This document shows, piece by piece, positions 14,595-28,000 of a DNA stretch of 64,000 bases (the first letter of the stretch is position 1; every line of letters begins with the position of its first letter). The translations under genes and the position numbers were made by a program. A model generated the notes under the pieces. That model saw only the letters and a list, made by a program, of their open reading frames with translations, did not search any database and was not told the DNA's origin. The stretch is from contig NC_087251.1 in assembly GCF_037042905.1 (NCBI RefSeq), positions 32,428,001-32,492,000 on the forward strand, read 5' to 3'. Origin of the DNA: Lytechinus pictus (lineage: Eukaryota).

Positions 14595-15494
14595 ATATTA
14601 AACATTTTTTGCTTACCTTATTATCGTCCAAGCCATCGCTTATTTTCTCTCTCTTGACTCTCCTCATTACCAATGCCACTTAGACCCCAACACGCACGTC
14701 TCTTATTTTATTCCTTGTTATATCATTTTAACCTCTTCATCTCTTATTGTTGGCCTTCCTTCATAGTTTCTCTATTTCCTAATAACCGCAATCTGACTGC
14801 TTTCCCCCCTCTCAATCTTTTCTCTTGAAGAATATTTTGAAATTCTCTTCCGTCTCTCCGGCGTGTTCATCTCAGGCCTGCATGGCTTTCACCGGTTCTA
14901 TTTAATTGCAATGCGTCAGGTCTCCATGGTTACCACGCCGTTTCTCGCCATAAACACCAATTTGAAAATCTTAAGAGACTTCAAGAGAATGTATTTTCCT
15001 TTCATTTCTCCATCAAACCGATAAAAACATGGCATAGAGGACTGAAGGGTGATATTATGCTATTCAGCATCGTAATAAACTGAAGCAGTCGACTATTAAA
15101 AAATTTATATAAAGGGTAAAACACACGAAAATCAGGTCAGTTATAATACAAATAAGTCTAAAAGATTAAATCAAATTTACAGTCCCCCATATTTCAGTCC
15201 TCACAAAAAAGGAGGGCAATCTGATCTAATTCCTCTTTACTTTGATAACATTTATAAAGGTGCCACACCCAGACACATCCTTTATAAAACAGTAAAATCT
15301 GACAATTCATGAAATAATTAAATACAGTTAAACACTTAAACAAACCACAAGCAATTTAAACAATTTAAAGATATCAATGCGACAAAAGATAATCTTTTAA
15401 CAAAAATAGGTAACTATTGCTTTTCCATTTATGTTACGGTCACACCTGTAAAACCGACTCCAGACTGGCAAAAGCTACTACGTTATTTCAAATG

Positions 15495-15632
15495 ACATAT
15501 CGTTGGTCCGGTTCGACATATTTGCAATTTTTCGTCCCGTATAAGAAAACTCGGACGATCTGCTGTCTCTGTCCACCAACTTTCGACAAAGCCCTCGTAG
15601 CTATCCAATGTGATTTGACTTGCATTTTCCAT
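15495..15632 (+). repeat. Dispersed repeat fragment; second copy at about 28525..28662
   Basis: Shared GGACGATCTGCT..GTCCACCAA.TTTCGACAAA...GATTTGACTTGCATTTTC. Confidence 0.7.
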
Positions 15633-16239
15633 AATTAGGTATATAGAACATGCACTATAAGAAGTAAAATTTAATCACAGTCGTTTTCTTTGAAGATACG
15701 AGAACGGTAAGTTTGATCTTGCTATGTTGCATCGAGATCACACAATTCAAAATTCGCTTGCATTTTTTTGTCATTAAAAAGTTCAAAATGAAGTATAAAA
15801 AAGTAGCACATAGAAAAATGGGGATGAAAGAGATTTGTGATATCAAATCTCTCAATGGTATAGCTCTCATTCTCACCGCAGTTAAGCTTGACCTTTTAGG
15901 GGTAAGATTTGAATATTTTAGAAGGCCTAACTGTGCGAAATATCGTCTTCATTTTTTATTCATCTTTTTTTGTGTGGAAAAGCCAGTGAGAGTTTCATGG
16001 TCACCATAATGAATAAACGATATATTTCTGATACCCCAGTCGTGCCATGGAAGTTTTTGTGCACGGCACCAGAGTTTCTTTACCAGACAGAAATGAATTG
16101 TTTATGAATACGTTCATTATACTTGTTGATTGCTTTTTATTCCACTAAATGATGAATTCAGCATTTTGAATTGTTATCAGGATTAAAATGCTACAGCCAC
16201 TCAAAGTGTTTTTTTGTTGTTGCTTGCTTTTCTTTAGCA

Positions 16240-16640
16240 ACAAATTTACATTGTTCTGCACTCAACCCAGGTGAGGTAAATAGGTACCGACAGGAAGCAC
16301 TTCCTAAAAAAAGCTATAAGCACCGGAATCGGTTGACTAGCTTAGCCGGGGTAATATAGAAGCGTCTTGATCACCTAGCAACACTGTAAAACTGTGGTGT
16401 TAAAACTGACACCAGTTGGTGTCTTTAGAGGACCACACCTTGAGGTGTTAAAATTACACCCTAGAGATTGAATATAACACCAAAGAGTATAAATGCAACA
16501 ACCAAAGGTGTTGTAATAACACCTATAGGTGTTAAACTAACATGATCAATTTAACACCGGAGTAAAAAAAAACTTGCGTGGTCCTCTTTGTACACCGGTT
16601 AACACCAGTGATTTGCTGTGAAGGTGCGCTATATAAATCC
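16240..16640 (+). mobile_element. SINE 3' part interrupted by a CACT-type element
   Basis: Core CTGCACTCAACCCAGGTGAGGTAAATAGGTACC and GCCGGGGTAAT before the insert; tail GCGCTATATAAAT resumes after it. Confidence 0.7.
16382..16620. mobile_element. CACT-type MITE with AACACC/GGTGTT subterminal repeats, AA TSD
   Basis: AA|CACTGTAAAA...ATTTGCTGTG|AA; related to 26243..26485. Confidence 0.7.
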
Positions 16641-17224
16641 TGCTCACAAAATGGAATCTCTATGTTTGTTATTTTCATTCCCAGGACATTTATTGTCTGG
16701 ACAATGAACGATTAAAAATGCTTGAAAAAATGAATTTTGTTATTGAAAAAACACATGCTGTAGACGATGTTGAGTTCTTTAAATACCGCCGATAACATTA
16801 GTTCTTCTTTTCTATTCCGGTATTAGCACTATTAGCACAATGCTTGAATGATAATACGCATCATTGATATAGCGCTTATAACCGGAAGGGGGTCCATTCA
16901 CAGTGAAATTAATCAATAGGGAGTTTGAGAGGTTTGTGAAGATCAAGTGTTCCTTTGGGACAATTCAATCCTCTTTTTTTATTCAAAAAAGAGGTTGTTT
17001 TTGTTGGTACAATTTTACTTTCATTATCATTTGTGGGTTGATTCGTCAATTTCACATACAGTACTATCAACAGTACAGACTATCAACACTCATTTCACGA
17101 TCAACAGTACTATCAACACTCATTTCAAGATTAATTATTAATTTGTTTTGAGAATAATCAACTAAAGATTTACATTTACATTGGTATAATAATTTTTATC
17201 TTCTATCTGTTCTTCTGATTACAG

Positions 17225-17455
17225 ACAGCAGTTTTATCCTGGCCAACGCAAGGGTGGTGGACTACCCTATCGTCTATAGCAATGATGGGTTTTGTAAGAT
17301 GACGGGTTTCAACAGAGCAGATTGTATGCAGAGGAGTAGTACCATCAATTTCATGTACGGCGAATTGACCAATCAGGATGGAGTCAAAGCAGTACAGGAG
17401 GCGTTTGAAAAACAAGAGGCGGTACAGGTCGAGTTACTCATATATAAAAAGAGCA
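17225..17455 (+). CDS. KCNH1: EAG exon: PAS domain ([15 protein letters not shown]...LLIYKKS)
   Basis: Acceptor ttacag|AC, donor A|gtaagt; recognisable KCNH PAS sequence. Confidence 0.93.
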
Positions 17456-18931
17456 GTAAGTTTGACGTTGATTTATTGAAGGGGGAACGGATGAGGTGAA
17501 TGTCTTCAATAAGTTTGTAATAAGAATACCATCCTCATCTGTATTCTAATTACTATCAAAAGACTGATACTTTGTAATATTCTACCACCACTTCTACTAC
17601 TACTACTACTACTAATATTATTATTATTATTCTATGAATACTACTTTATCCACTACCACTTCTCCTACGAAACTACCACTACTACTTTTACCATGTTTAT
17701 TATATCTACTGCTGCTGCTGTTCTGCTGATATAAAGCTATAACTATACTATACTACTCTCACTACTTCTATTACAGAATTTTGTTGCTGTTTTTAATGAA
17801 AGTGTGGCACCTGAATTGTGGTAATATCTGTTCATTGAGCCCCTTTTGGGCCTGTATGTATTATGAATGCAACTGACCCCATAAAAAACATGTCACCTAA
17901 AACCAGTATTACAAAAATGCGTCATACTTACTCTTACATCTTAGAATAACTCATTACTACACATTTGAATCTGTCGGTGAAGGTCAACCGATACACTGAC
18001 ACGTAAGGATACTCTGATCCAACTTACCGAATCTTTAGAGCAGTTATCTACTCAAAGCAGATTCATAAACAACACAATTTATATAATTCACAACTTTGGT
18101 TGCTCATTTATCATTCATGACTAAACGTAAAGGGTTGAGCGGTGTAACGTTTGTCGGTTTAAAACTCATTTGTATTCATAGTTTATATCGCGTTCGTCTC
18201 ATAAAACAAATGACTTTATCGCGTTAATGTCTGTCTCATTAAATTCTTAATAAGCTTTCTGTCGGTGATGATTGATGTATTCTAGTACTCCTCGCAAGAG
18301 TCTTTTATAATCTGTGTACACTTCATTTTATACAAACTGTATGGATGATGGTTGAATTAGCCGCAAATTTACGTCAACAAAATATATAAGAAAGAAGGTC
18401 GGTGTTTGTGTATCTGTTAATTTCGCATTATTAAAGCAGAGTTGTTTTTATGATTTCGTGACTAAACTGTCAAAAATAAATAAATAAATAAACAAATTAA
18501 AAACATTTACAACAATCCTGGGAACAAATCAATAGTCAATCTGAAAGACTTTACCTCCAAAGCAAAGCCAGCCAGAATTTACACGAATTTAAAATTTCAA
18601 AATTTAAGGCTATCATCTTCATGTATAGTTTCAGTTTTATAGACAGGCAAACAGATCGTGCCGTACAATGCCCAAGCTTAAATTTTGAGGTACAGTAAAA
18701 CCACTGGATGTTCCTGGAAAAAAAAAAAAAGTATAATAGGTCTAAATATTAATATTTCAATGGATTGAAATATTTTCATGTTTAAACGAAAAGACACTCA
18801 TTATTAAGGTATTGACGTTCAGACCCTGTATTTACTTCATTTGTATTTCGTTTAAGAAAATAATTAAGAAGAAAGCTCCCAAATAACCTCTACACTTCCT
18901 CCAATTAAAAGTCATTAGAACTTTCATCAAT

Positions 18932-18973
<42 letters not shown>

Positions 18974-19012
18974 AAGTAGTAGTAGTAGAAGTAGAAGTAG
19001 TAGTAGGAGGAG

Positions 19013-19074
<62 letters not shown>

Positions 19075-22000
19075 TAGTAGTGGTGGTGGTAGTAGTATAG
19101 TAGAACTGTTGGTATCACTACTACTGTTTATACTACTACTCTGAGACATACATCGACCGGTCTTGATTTGGGTAAAGGAAAACAGAGGCTGAAAATTCGC
19201 CGGCGAACGAAACAAGTGCATGGTTTAGAAAAATCGTCATATAAATTTGATTCGCTATGTACGTAAAGAGACTACATTTTCAGTGAATATCTACAAAAAC
19301 TACCATGATAAAACAACCAATACAATGGCCCGAATTCACAAAGGTGGTTTTGAAAACCCACGGTTGAGTCCATGGTTTATGCAGATTTCCTGTATAAATT
19401 ACGCTTAATTTAGCGCGTATCGGGCGCGTGTATAAAACATGTCCAATGCTGATGCGCGCTTTTGTCACAGTGCGCAAAATTGACGCCTGTTACCATGGTA
19501 AGATACGCTATTTTATTCATGAGTCCACTGTTTGAAGAGTGGACTCATGAATAAAAACAGTGGACTCATGAATAAAATAGCGTACTTAACCATGGCAACA
19601 GGCGTCAATTTGGCCCACTGTGACAAAAGCGCGCATCAGCATTGGATATGTTTTATACACGCGCCCGATACGCGCTAAATTAAGCGTAATTTATACAGGA
19701 AATCTGCATAAACCGTGGACTCAACCGTGGGTTTTCAAAACCACCTTTGTGAATTCGGGCCAATGATTCCAAGTATAAAAAGTTTTATTCGTGACCCCCT
19801 TCCCACCAGTACTTCGTTCTGCTACTGTCTTCTACGATTATTACCGCTAGATTAAAGTAGGTCGAGAAATATAATAAAGTTATTAATGTTTAGTATTTTT
19901 ATCCTTCCACTTCTTCCTCATCCTCGAACACATATTTGGTAATGGTTCGTGGCAGTCGCCATCTTTGATCTAAAATTACTTCGGTAGTAAATTGGGGTCA
20001 AATTTTGGTCAATATGCGATGCTGAAGTCATTTGCTCATGACTCTATATAGGATAAACTTAAGGAGCTGAGCTCTCACAAGATCGAACTACCCAAAAATC
20101 GTCCGATAAGAATCTGGAACATTTTGGGAAATATCACAATTCGACATGGCTATATATATGGGGGATGTGTGAGGGTGTGCGTGCGTGTTTGTGTGCGAAG
20201 AATACGTACGTATGTCTTTTCGATTGGATAGATTTTTAGCGCGTGACACGCATTAAATCATTTACAGTTCATAAGGATATTATTGAATTTTATTCAGTGG
20301 ATAAGCATACTATTTCCTCTCTACTCCCCCTTTATTTTTGGGGGGATGAATTTTCAAGTATTTGTGCATTTGATTGAAGTCATCAACGGAGATATTAAAA
20401 CTTAAATGTTTTAAAGTAATAAATGTGTTAATTGAAAGCACATCAAACTGTGGGTCACTGTCGTGTGTGCAACATAGGGTAGGTAAAGTATAAAGGGTGG
20501 ATACGCATACAGGAATTACCGGGGGGGGGGGGCTTTTTCAACAAAAATTAAAAAGGATATCACCAATCACCGAGAGCATTCATCTAATCATTTAATAATT
20601 TTTGAGCAAAAAAAGTAAGGGGTCAGGGGCAAAGCCCACTCACCACCTGTACCCCCCCCCCCCTCCTTCCGGATCCGTAAAGTTGCACTCTGTGTGCTTT
20701 CAAGAGGGTAGATATCAAATCAGCATTGTGGTATATAATGGGTTTATACGATCAGAAAGAAGGGGTGACGTTCTGATAATTTTTCGCTATCAAGGGTATA
20801 GGTTTTATCTGAAACCGAGTTCATGAAACCTCACTAAGAATATCTACAAGAGCTTTGTACCTGTTCCATAGGGCATAGGGGGTCAAAGGCATAACCCATT
20901 ATTTACCCTGAGAGGAGTTCAGAGGTGTTACAGCCCATCGTCATTGCTAGTGACTGATGATACTGTGAAAGCTGGCTATCTACTCAACCCTCGGGTGGCT
21001 CATAAACACTAACTGGTGTTAACTCTTCTACCTACGTGAGAATAACTTGGCCCCGTCTCGTTAATAATTCAACAAACTGTGATTGGCTAACAATTCACCT
21101 ATGTTTAGGTTCATGTATTTCTGTACACATTCCAGAAGACATTGCACATGGGAAGGTTAAAACCTTTGCAAAAATACCTTGGTATGAATTTGCTTCATGT
21201 TGTAGACGGATGAAGAGTAGTGTTTTAAAGTACGTTTTTCACAATTATACACTTTCGAAAAAATCGCATCAAATTATATTACCTCTTTAATGATACTAGT
21301 AATTAATATCTACAAATAGACATAAACATTTGTTTCATATATTTTTAATGATCGAAATTGGATTTTTTTTAATGTCTGTGCTTCCATAAAACTGATTTTG
21401 AATCACTCACAAAAGTTTCTTGCAACGCTGCATCAGATTCCATCTTTGTTCATGATGATGCATTTTGTTCCGACACTTATTTATCCTTTCTCTTAATTTT
21501 AGAATGTACAAAAAACACATTTGAACTACTCTGATTTCAAGCACCAGCCCAGACACCCGTCAGTATGTCTCACACACACACACCCTCGCAGTCTTACACC
21601 CTGCCCCCGCACACGCCCACTCCCACCGCCACACACACACCCTCTCACACACACACACCCTTCACACATACCCACAAACCCAAATGCACATACACACACC
21701 TCCATCTCCTCCCTCCCCCACACACACTCACCCTTACACACCACCACCACCTGACTCGCGTGTCGACAAATCTCGTGGATAGAAATCAAAGTAGTGCAGG
21801 AATATAAGAGAAACAATTGATTTAAAATGGATTCAAAATGGGGATTCGTTTTCAAAGTTATGGCACGCCAAAACAAATAAGTAATTTTATTGTGTTACCG
21901 GTTTGATAATCTTTGTTTCTTGTTGGAGCAAAATATTACCCTTTCACCAGCCCGAGTCAGCACAGATTAAGATTACAATTTTTCTCAGGATTTGATTTTT

Positions 22001-25000
22001 TGGGGTCTGTGAAAATATGCCAGGTGTACATACTCCCCCTTCCAAATCAACAAATAGCTTGTTACCGCTCCTCAGAGACTTACTTCATGTTATGACGCCC
22101 CCCCCCCCCTCCACCCCACCCCTCATCTCCATTATGTCCTAAAGCATGACAACCAATCTCTGATCAGCGACTGGTACAGTATGATTACTAATCAATCACT
22201 CACTCAATTTAAAGTAAAGAAACCCCTCTCTGTATTAAGCGATCTCTCATTAGCGTGATCGATCACCCAATCTCTATCGTCTGCAGACCGTAGTCCAACC
22301 TGCGTGTGAATTAGTCCGGTTTGAAGGGAAGCGGTTTGGGTGCAAGCTACTCGTGATGCATGTAATGTGATACAGATAATCAGGTACTGATCCATCTCTG
22401 GTTTGCAATTCTTTAAGTGGAGCATTGCCATGGTTATGAGGAGAAGGGGTGAGGAATCATTCCAGTTTTACAGAAAAATGCAAGTCATGCATATATCTTC
22501 ATATTGTTGATATGTGATTTTCCATCACCCATAACAGGGGTTTTGCAATTAAAAAAAATCACATTCCAAACACACACATCGTTTTTAACAAAACAATTAG
22601 AGATACATTTCCAAAATAACAAGAAGTATAATTTCTTTCTTTATTCTTAATTCTTTATATACAATCTTAATGTCAATTCTTTCCCCAAAAAATCCTATAA
22701 CAAAGATAACTGAATTCGTGAACAGTTTGCTTTATTGAAAATAAAATCATTTGATGTATTATGAAGACTTTATATGACCTATAGCCGTATAGTATTCCTC
22801 ATGTTTTATTTATTTTTTTTGTTTGTTTGTTTCTTCCTTGTAAGGGGGTAGTTTTGAGCCATCACACCCGCCCGTGTGTTGATATAGTAGCGATCATAAA
22901 AGTGGATAACGCTCCGGAATTTAAATGATAAGGTCCGGTGTTCTAATCCAACCTCAGCAGTCACGCCCTTTAGCAAGGCGTTTATCTACATTTGCCACTC
23001 TCCACCCCGGTGTAGTAAATGGGTACCCCAGCTGGAAGAAATGCCTTCAATGCTTGAGGAAGCGATCAGAGAAGCTGTGCTAAAGCCGGGGTAATGGTAT
23101 ATGCAGCCTTTGGAAACTTTGAATAAAATGCTTTATAAATATTGCATATTAACATTGTTTATGAAATAATCATTTTTCCCTATACTAGAAGTTCATTTTT
23201 AAATTGCTTTTGTAATTCTATATTTTACGTGTAAGGTGTTTACCCAAGTTTAAAATACAGTCTCCGAGAAATCACATAAATGCCATTTTGATGTGCATCC
23301 TGTTACAGCTATATTCGTTCCTCAGCTTCGTATGTTAGGTTTGTGGTTTTCATAATTCATTCGTATTCATGAAACCTAATCAAACACAACGCTCATCTGG
23401 GACTGGTCACGTGACCACATGCTTCATCAAAACAGCCCCCAGAATTATACGACCCACACATTTTGGACAACCTGTCTGGGAGAAGGGTGACTTGTGTTAA
23501 GAGCAAAGACATTTTTTTCAATTCTTCCTGAAGATGATTATAAACGGCTACATTCAAATGCAGGTGTCCAGAGGGTTTGCAAGACATAGCATACCCCTTA
23601 CCCTCGTCAATGGATACGATTTCAAGCCACACTTGGGGTGAATAACTTCCACTCCCTGCGGAGTATTCCCTGAAGAGCATTGCCAAGGGAGATTAGTGCT
23701 GCCGCGGAATTCGTATACCTTATCCACTGTACCACCACGCAACCATAAAAATATATGCACCACAAAAACCCATTAAGAATTGTGTAGCATCATAGTAAAT
23801 CCATCTTTCTTTCTAATCAAGCTATTTGTATATTAGATATCAGAAGAAAGATTAGAAAATACATCTTTATACTTTGAGAGTATGGCATTACAAATGTCGG
23901 CAAACAAAAAGGTAGTCACCACTTTCAACCAATGGTGTGAGACAATTATTTTTTTTTTATTAAAGATTTTTATTGTAGACCCTGCAAAGGTCTAATGTAA
24001 AATGATGAATTAAGTACTTTTATATTCAGTGATATTGTTCGGCATTTGCTCTCTTAATATTTTAACCGGTGTGTTGGCTCAGATGGTAGAGCGTCCGTCT
24101 CACAACCGGGAGTTCAAACCCCGGCCATGTCAGACCAAGACGTTAAAAGATGGGGTTGCTGCTACCCTGTTTGGCGTTCAAGCAGTTCAAGGAATAGAGC
24201 TACGTCGATCTGACGCTGCACAGTGGCTGCTTGGCCCACGATCAATTGGGCAAATGAATTTTCGGAGTATTTTTATTTCAGATATCATATCTAACAATCA
24301 AATATGGATTTTCATTTTCATTTCATTATTAACCCACAATGAGATCAATTACAAATTGGGATAATCATTTAGTCACTGCGATCAGATTCTGTTTGTTTCT
24401 GTTTCCATCTTTCTTCCTCCTCACCATTTCCTCATACCCCCCCCCCCCCCTCTTCCTATTTTTCTCTCTCTCCCTCTTCTTCTCCACTCTCTTTCTCTTT
24501 GTCTCTTTCTCCTGGCTCGGTTTGTTTTGTTGTTGAGACTCCCCGCTTTTATCCTTTTCTCTCTCTCTCTCTCTCCCTCACATTGTGTTCCTGTCTACAT
24601 AAGGTCATCCATTACGACTAACATGAAACAATCGAATGCCAAGACTGACATATTGATAGGAATATCGTGCGATCGTTGCTGTCTGCTTAATCTTCCAGTG
24701 ATCGCTTGACGGATGAATAGTGTATCACCTAATAGAGTTCAGTTTACCATCTCGAATTGTCTACGTCACATGCATGGAACCTGCTGACAAATAGTCACGA
24801 ATAGGGACAGTCAAAATGATATTCTTGGGGCCCCAACCCCTCTGCATCCTCCCTGGAAACCGGGATCCCCCAAACTGGTTCTATTACCCTGAGCGTAGAA
24901 CTCATGTTAAACCGGCGGTAAATCTGTCCCGTACAGTTCCGCAGTTTCCTGCAAAAAGATATCTGTCAAGTTCACGAGTCCTTTCTTTGAAAAAATAGCG

Positions 25001-28000
25001 ACGAGACAACCAGGAGCCCGTTTCATAAAGGACTTGCAACTGTTGTAACTTTGCCATAACGGCAACTCCCATGGTAACAGGGCTCAGCAGCCAATCAAAA
25101 TCAAGGTTACCATGGCATTTACCATAATGGCAAAGTTACAACAATGGCAAGTCCTTTATGAAACGGGTCCCAGATCTTTTAAGAATTATTATCCGAAAGT
25201 TTATCAAACATACCTTTCAGGACAACAGTATCTTAAATGGTGAAACCGAAAACTTTATCATCCAATAAAGATTACATTTAAGAGTAATGTGGAGCGTTGT
25301 GGCCCAGCGGATTAGTCTCCGGACTTTGAAACAGAGGGTCGTGGGTTCGAATCCAAGCCATGGCGTAAATTCCTTCGGCAAGAAATTTATCCACATTGTG
25401 CTGCACTCGACCCAGGTGAGGTGAATGGGTACCCGGTAGGATTTATTCCTTGAACGCTTTAGCGCTTATGGCGGCTCAGCTACAGCCGGGGTAATACTAT
25501 GATACCAAGTATCAGAGCGCAGTTGATTATAATATGCACATAGTAACTGAGCTATATAAATGGACATTATTATTATAATGAAATTAATCAGAATAAGTGA
25601 AAATTTTGTAGAAGAATTTATTTACTTTGAACATTTGTTAATCGCCTATTGGCTTTTTCACGTTCAACTTTTCTGCCCCTATACGTTTCTCCCTATTTAA
25701 CACTCTCTTTCTCCATCTCTATAATTATCTCCCTCCCTCTCACTCCACCTCCATCTTCGCTATACATGTACTTTTCATCTCACCATCATTCTCTCTCTTT
25801 CTCTCTTTTAGGGACACCGATGTGGACCTTGGTTCAAATAGCTCCAGTCAAAGATGACAGGGATCAAGTGGTCTTATTCCTCTGTGTATTCAAAGACATC
25901 ACAGCACTCAAGCAACCAATTGAAGATGACTCCGCTAAGGGTACGATTTATCCTCACTGACATACTGGTCATGTGAACTTAAACACATTTGTCAACATAT
26001 CAAAGATCTTCTTTAAAATAAAATCATGAACTTTGGTGTGTGTTGAATTTCATAATGTTCATATGGATAACAAAAAACACCCTAAAAATTATCAGTATGT
26101 AATAAATTAATTTAATAAATTAATTTTAAGGGCTTCATTTTTACAACTATCACAGACTCAGATTTAAAAAAGTCAAATCAATGTTACCAATGCCTTCAAA
26201 CCACTTATAATCATGATAATTGAATTTGAAATGATACCTGTAGACTGCAAAACGCCGGTGTTAATTCAACACCAGCTAGGTATCTATATCGGTCCGCACC
26301 AGAGAGGTGTTGAAACAACACCGGTTTGGCGTTAGGCTAACACCGATGTGGCATTTAAGCAACTTAAATTAGTGTTAAGCCAATATCGGTTTGAATTTTA
26401 ACTGGTGTTGTTTCAACGCTTCTCTGGTGTGGACCGATATAGATACTGGGCTGGTGTTAAAATCAACACCGGTGTTTTTGCAGTGTAATATGTACAACAC
26501 CAAAAGGATTTTTTTTCTCGAAATTACAAGGATGCAAGTTTAAATCTATCTCTGAATTTAGGGTTACACACTGATAATTGATACTGGAGGATATAATTTG
26601 TAGAATTTAGATAAGATTTATAGAGAAAACTCCACTCATAAGTCATAATGACATTCTCATCTTGTTAATAGACCGTGGTATTAGTTATTATGAAATCACT
26701 TTTGCCAACTATACCTAATTATGTTAGAGAAGGGCACTCCGAATAAGAAATTGCTTGAAAATGAAACGTTTGCACCGGGAGTAATGAGGTACCATTGATT
26801 TTGAAAAGAAAAGAAAAGACCTTCTTGAGAAAGCAAATGTAAAAGGTTTAGACTAGCATTTGACCCTGGTTTCAATGATAGAAGTCACATAGGGATGGCG
26901 CAACAAAAATAACAATAAAATAAAAAAATCTTGGCACAGCCCTTGAAGTCTCGACAGTTCGAATGAAATAAAAGTCATGTTTCAGTTTATAGAATGGTAT
27001 ATGCACTCAGCTCTCCACCAAAATCAAACACACCTTTTTGTAGCCCATGAGTTCAGGCATGAATCAACAATCTTGCTATTTCCGATAATGTCAAAGGATT
27101 AATTTCTTCTTCAACTACAATTTTTTATGTTCTTCACTGAGCTTATAGTTTTTAAATGCAAATCTCCGGATTTACATTTTAGGACCTCAAGCTCGCATAT
27201 CCAAACTTGAAACGTAAATGTGAGTTTATGCTAAAGATCGTCAGAAAATTACTTATCTTTTCTCTAAAATTGCTTGAAGATGTACGATATAAGCTGCTTT
27301 TGCTTGTATTTGCGCTTAAATCAAAAGAATGCAAGCAATCGTTATTTCATATGCAAATCGTTCCAACGTCAGCAACATTCAATCTCCTATGGATGGTGTA
27401 AAGAGAATCATAGAGCAAAAGATTACATATATAGAATATATGGCAAAAAATAAAATGGCAAACAAATTGTAATACAACGGAACTATACCACCCCCCCCCC
27501 CAAAAAAAAAGATAAATAAATGAAGTATTATAATTATTTTAGAAAAATAGATGAATGAATAAGTAAATAACACATATAAATAAATAATTAAATAAATGAA
27601 TAAAAGTAATAATGAATAAATAAATAAATAGATAAATAAATGAAGACAGGAAGAAAGAAAGAAAGAAATAGATCATAATTGAATGAATTAATAAATAATT
27701 CAATTAATGAGATGAATAGAAAGTAAGGACATTTTCTTATGAAAATCTTGCTTTATCGATGGTTTTTCACATAGTAATGTTTAAGCATGTTAAGTAGACA
27801 GAGCTTTACCATTTGGGAATTTCCCTCAGACTACAATCTAATGTAGGCCTTCCACAGCTAACGTCATCAGAGCTTAGTAAGTAATCTATATGGATAATAT
27901 ATTCTAGTTTATCACCTTCATATGCCAGTCATTGGAAATTCAAAGTTCCAGAATTTATAATGTACAAAGAGTTGCATGCCCAGAATAATTGAAATTGAAA

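Noticed and set aside
18927..19221. Poly-Thr and poly-Tyr ORFs
   Set aside because: Translations of (TAG)n.
23405..23416. Perfect palindromic E-box GGTCACGTGACC
   Set aside because: Isolated motif with no supporting cluster; may belong to an unrecognised repeat.
25291..25365. tRNA gene
   Set aside because: The tRNA-like head continues into a SINE core and tail with several dispersed copies; no convincing cloverleaf.
27183..27213. Candidate EAG micro-exon (tttag|GACCTCAAGCT...AAC|gtaaat)
   Set aside because: 31 nt would frameshift, read-through hits TAA, and the flanking exons already join in frame.
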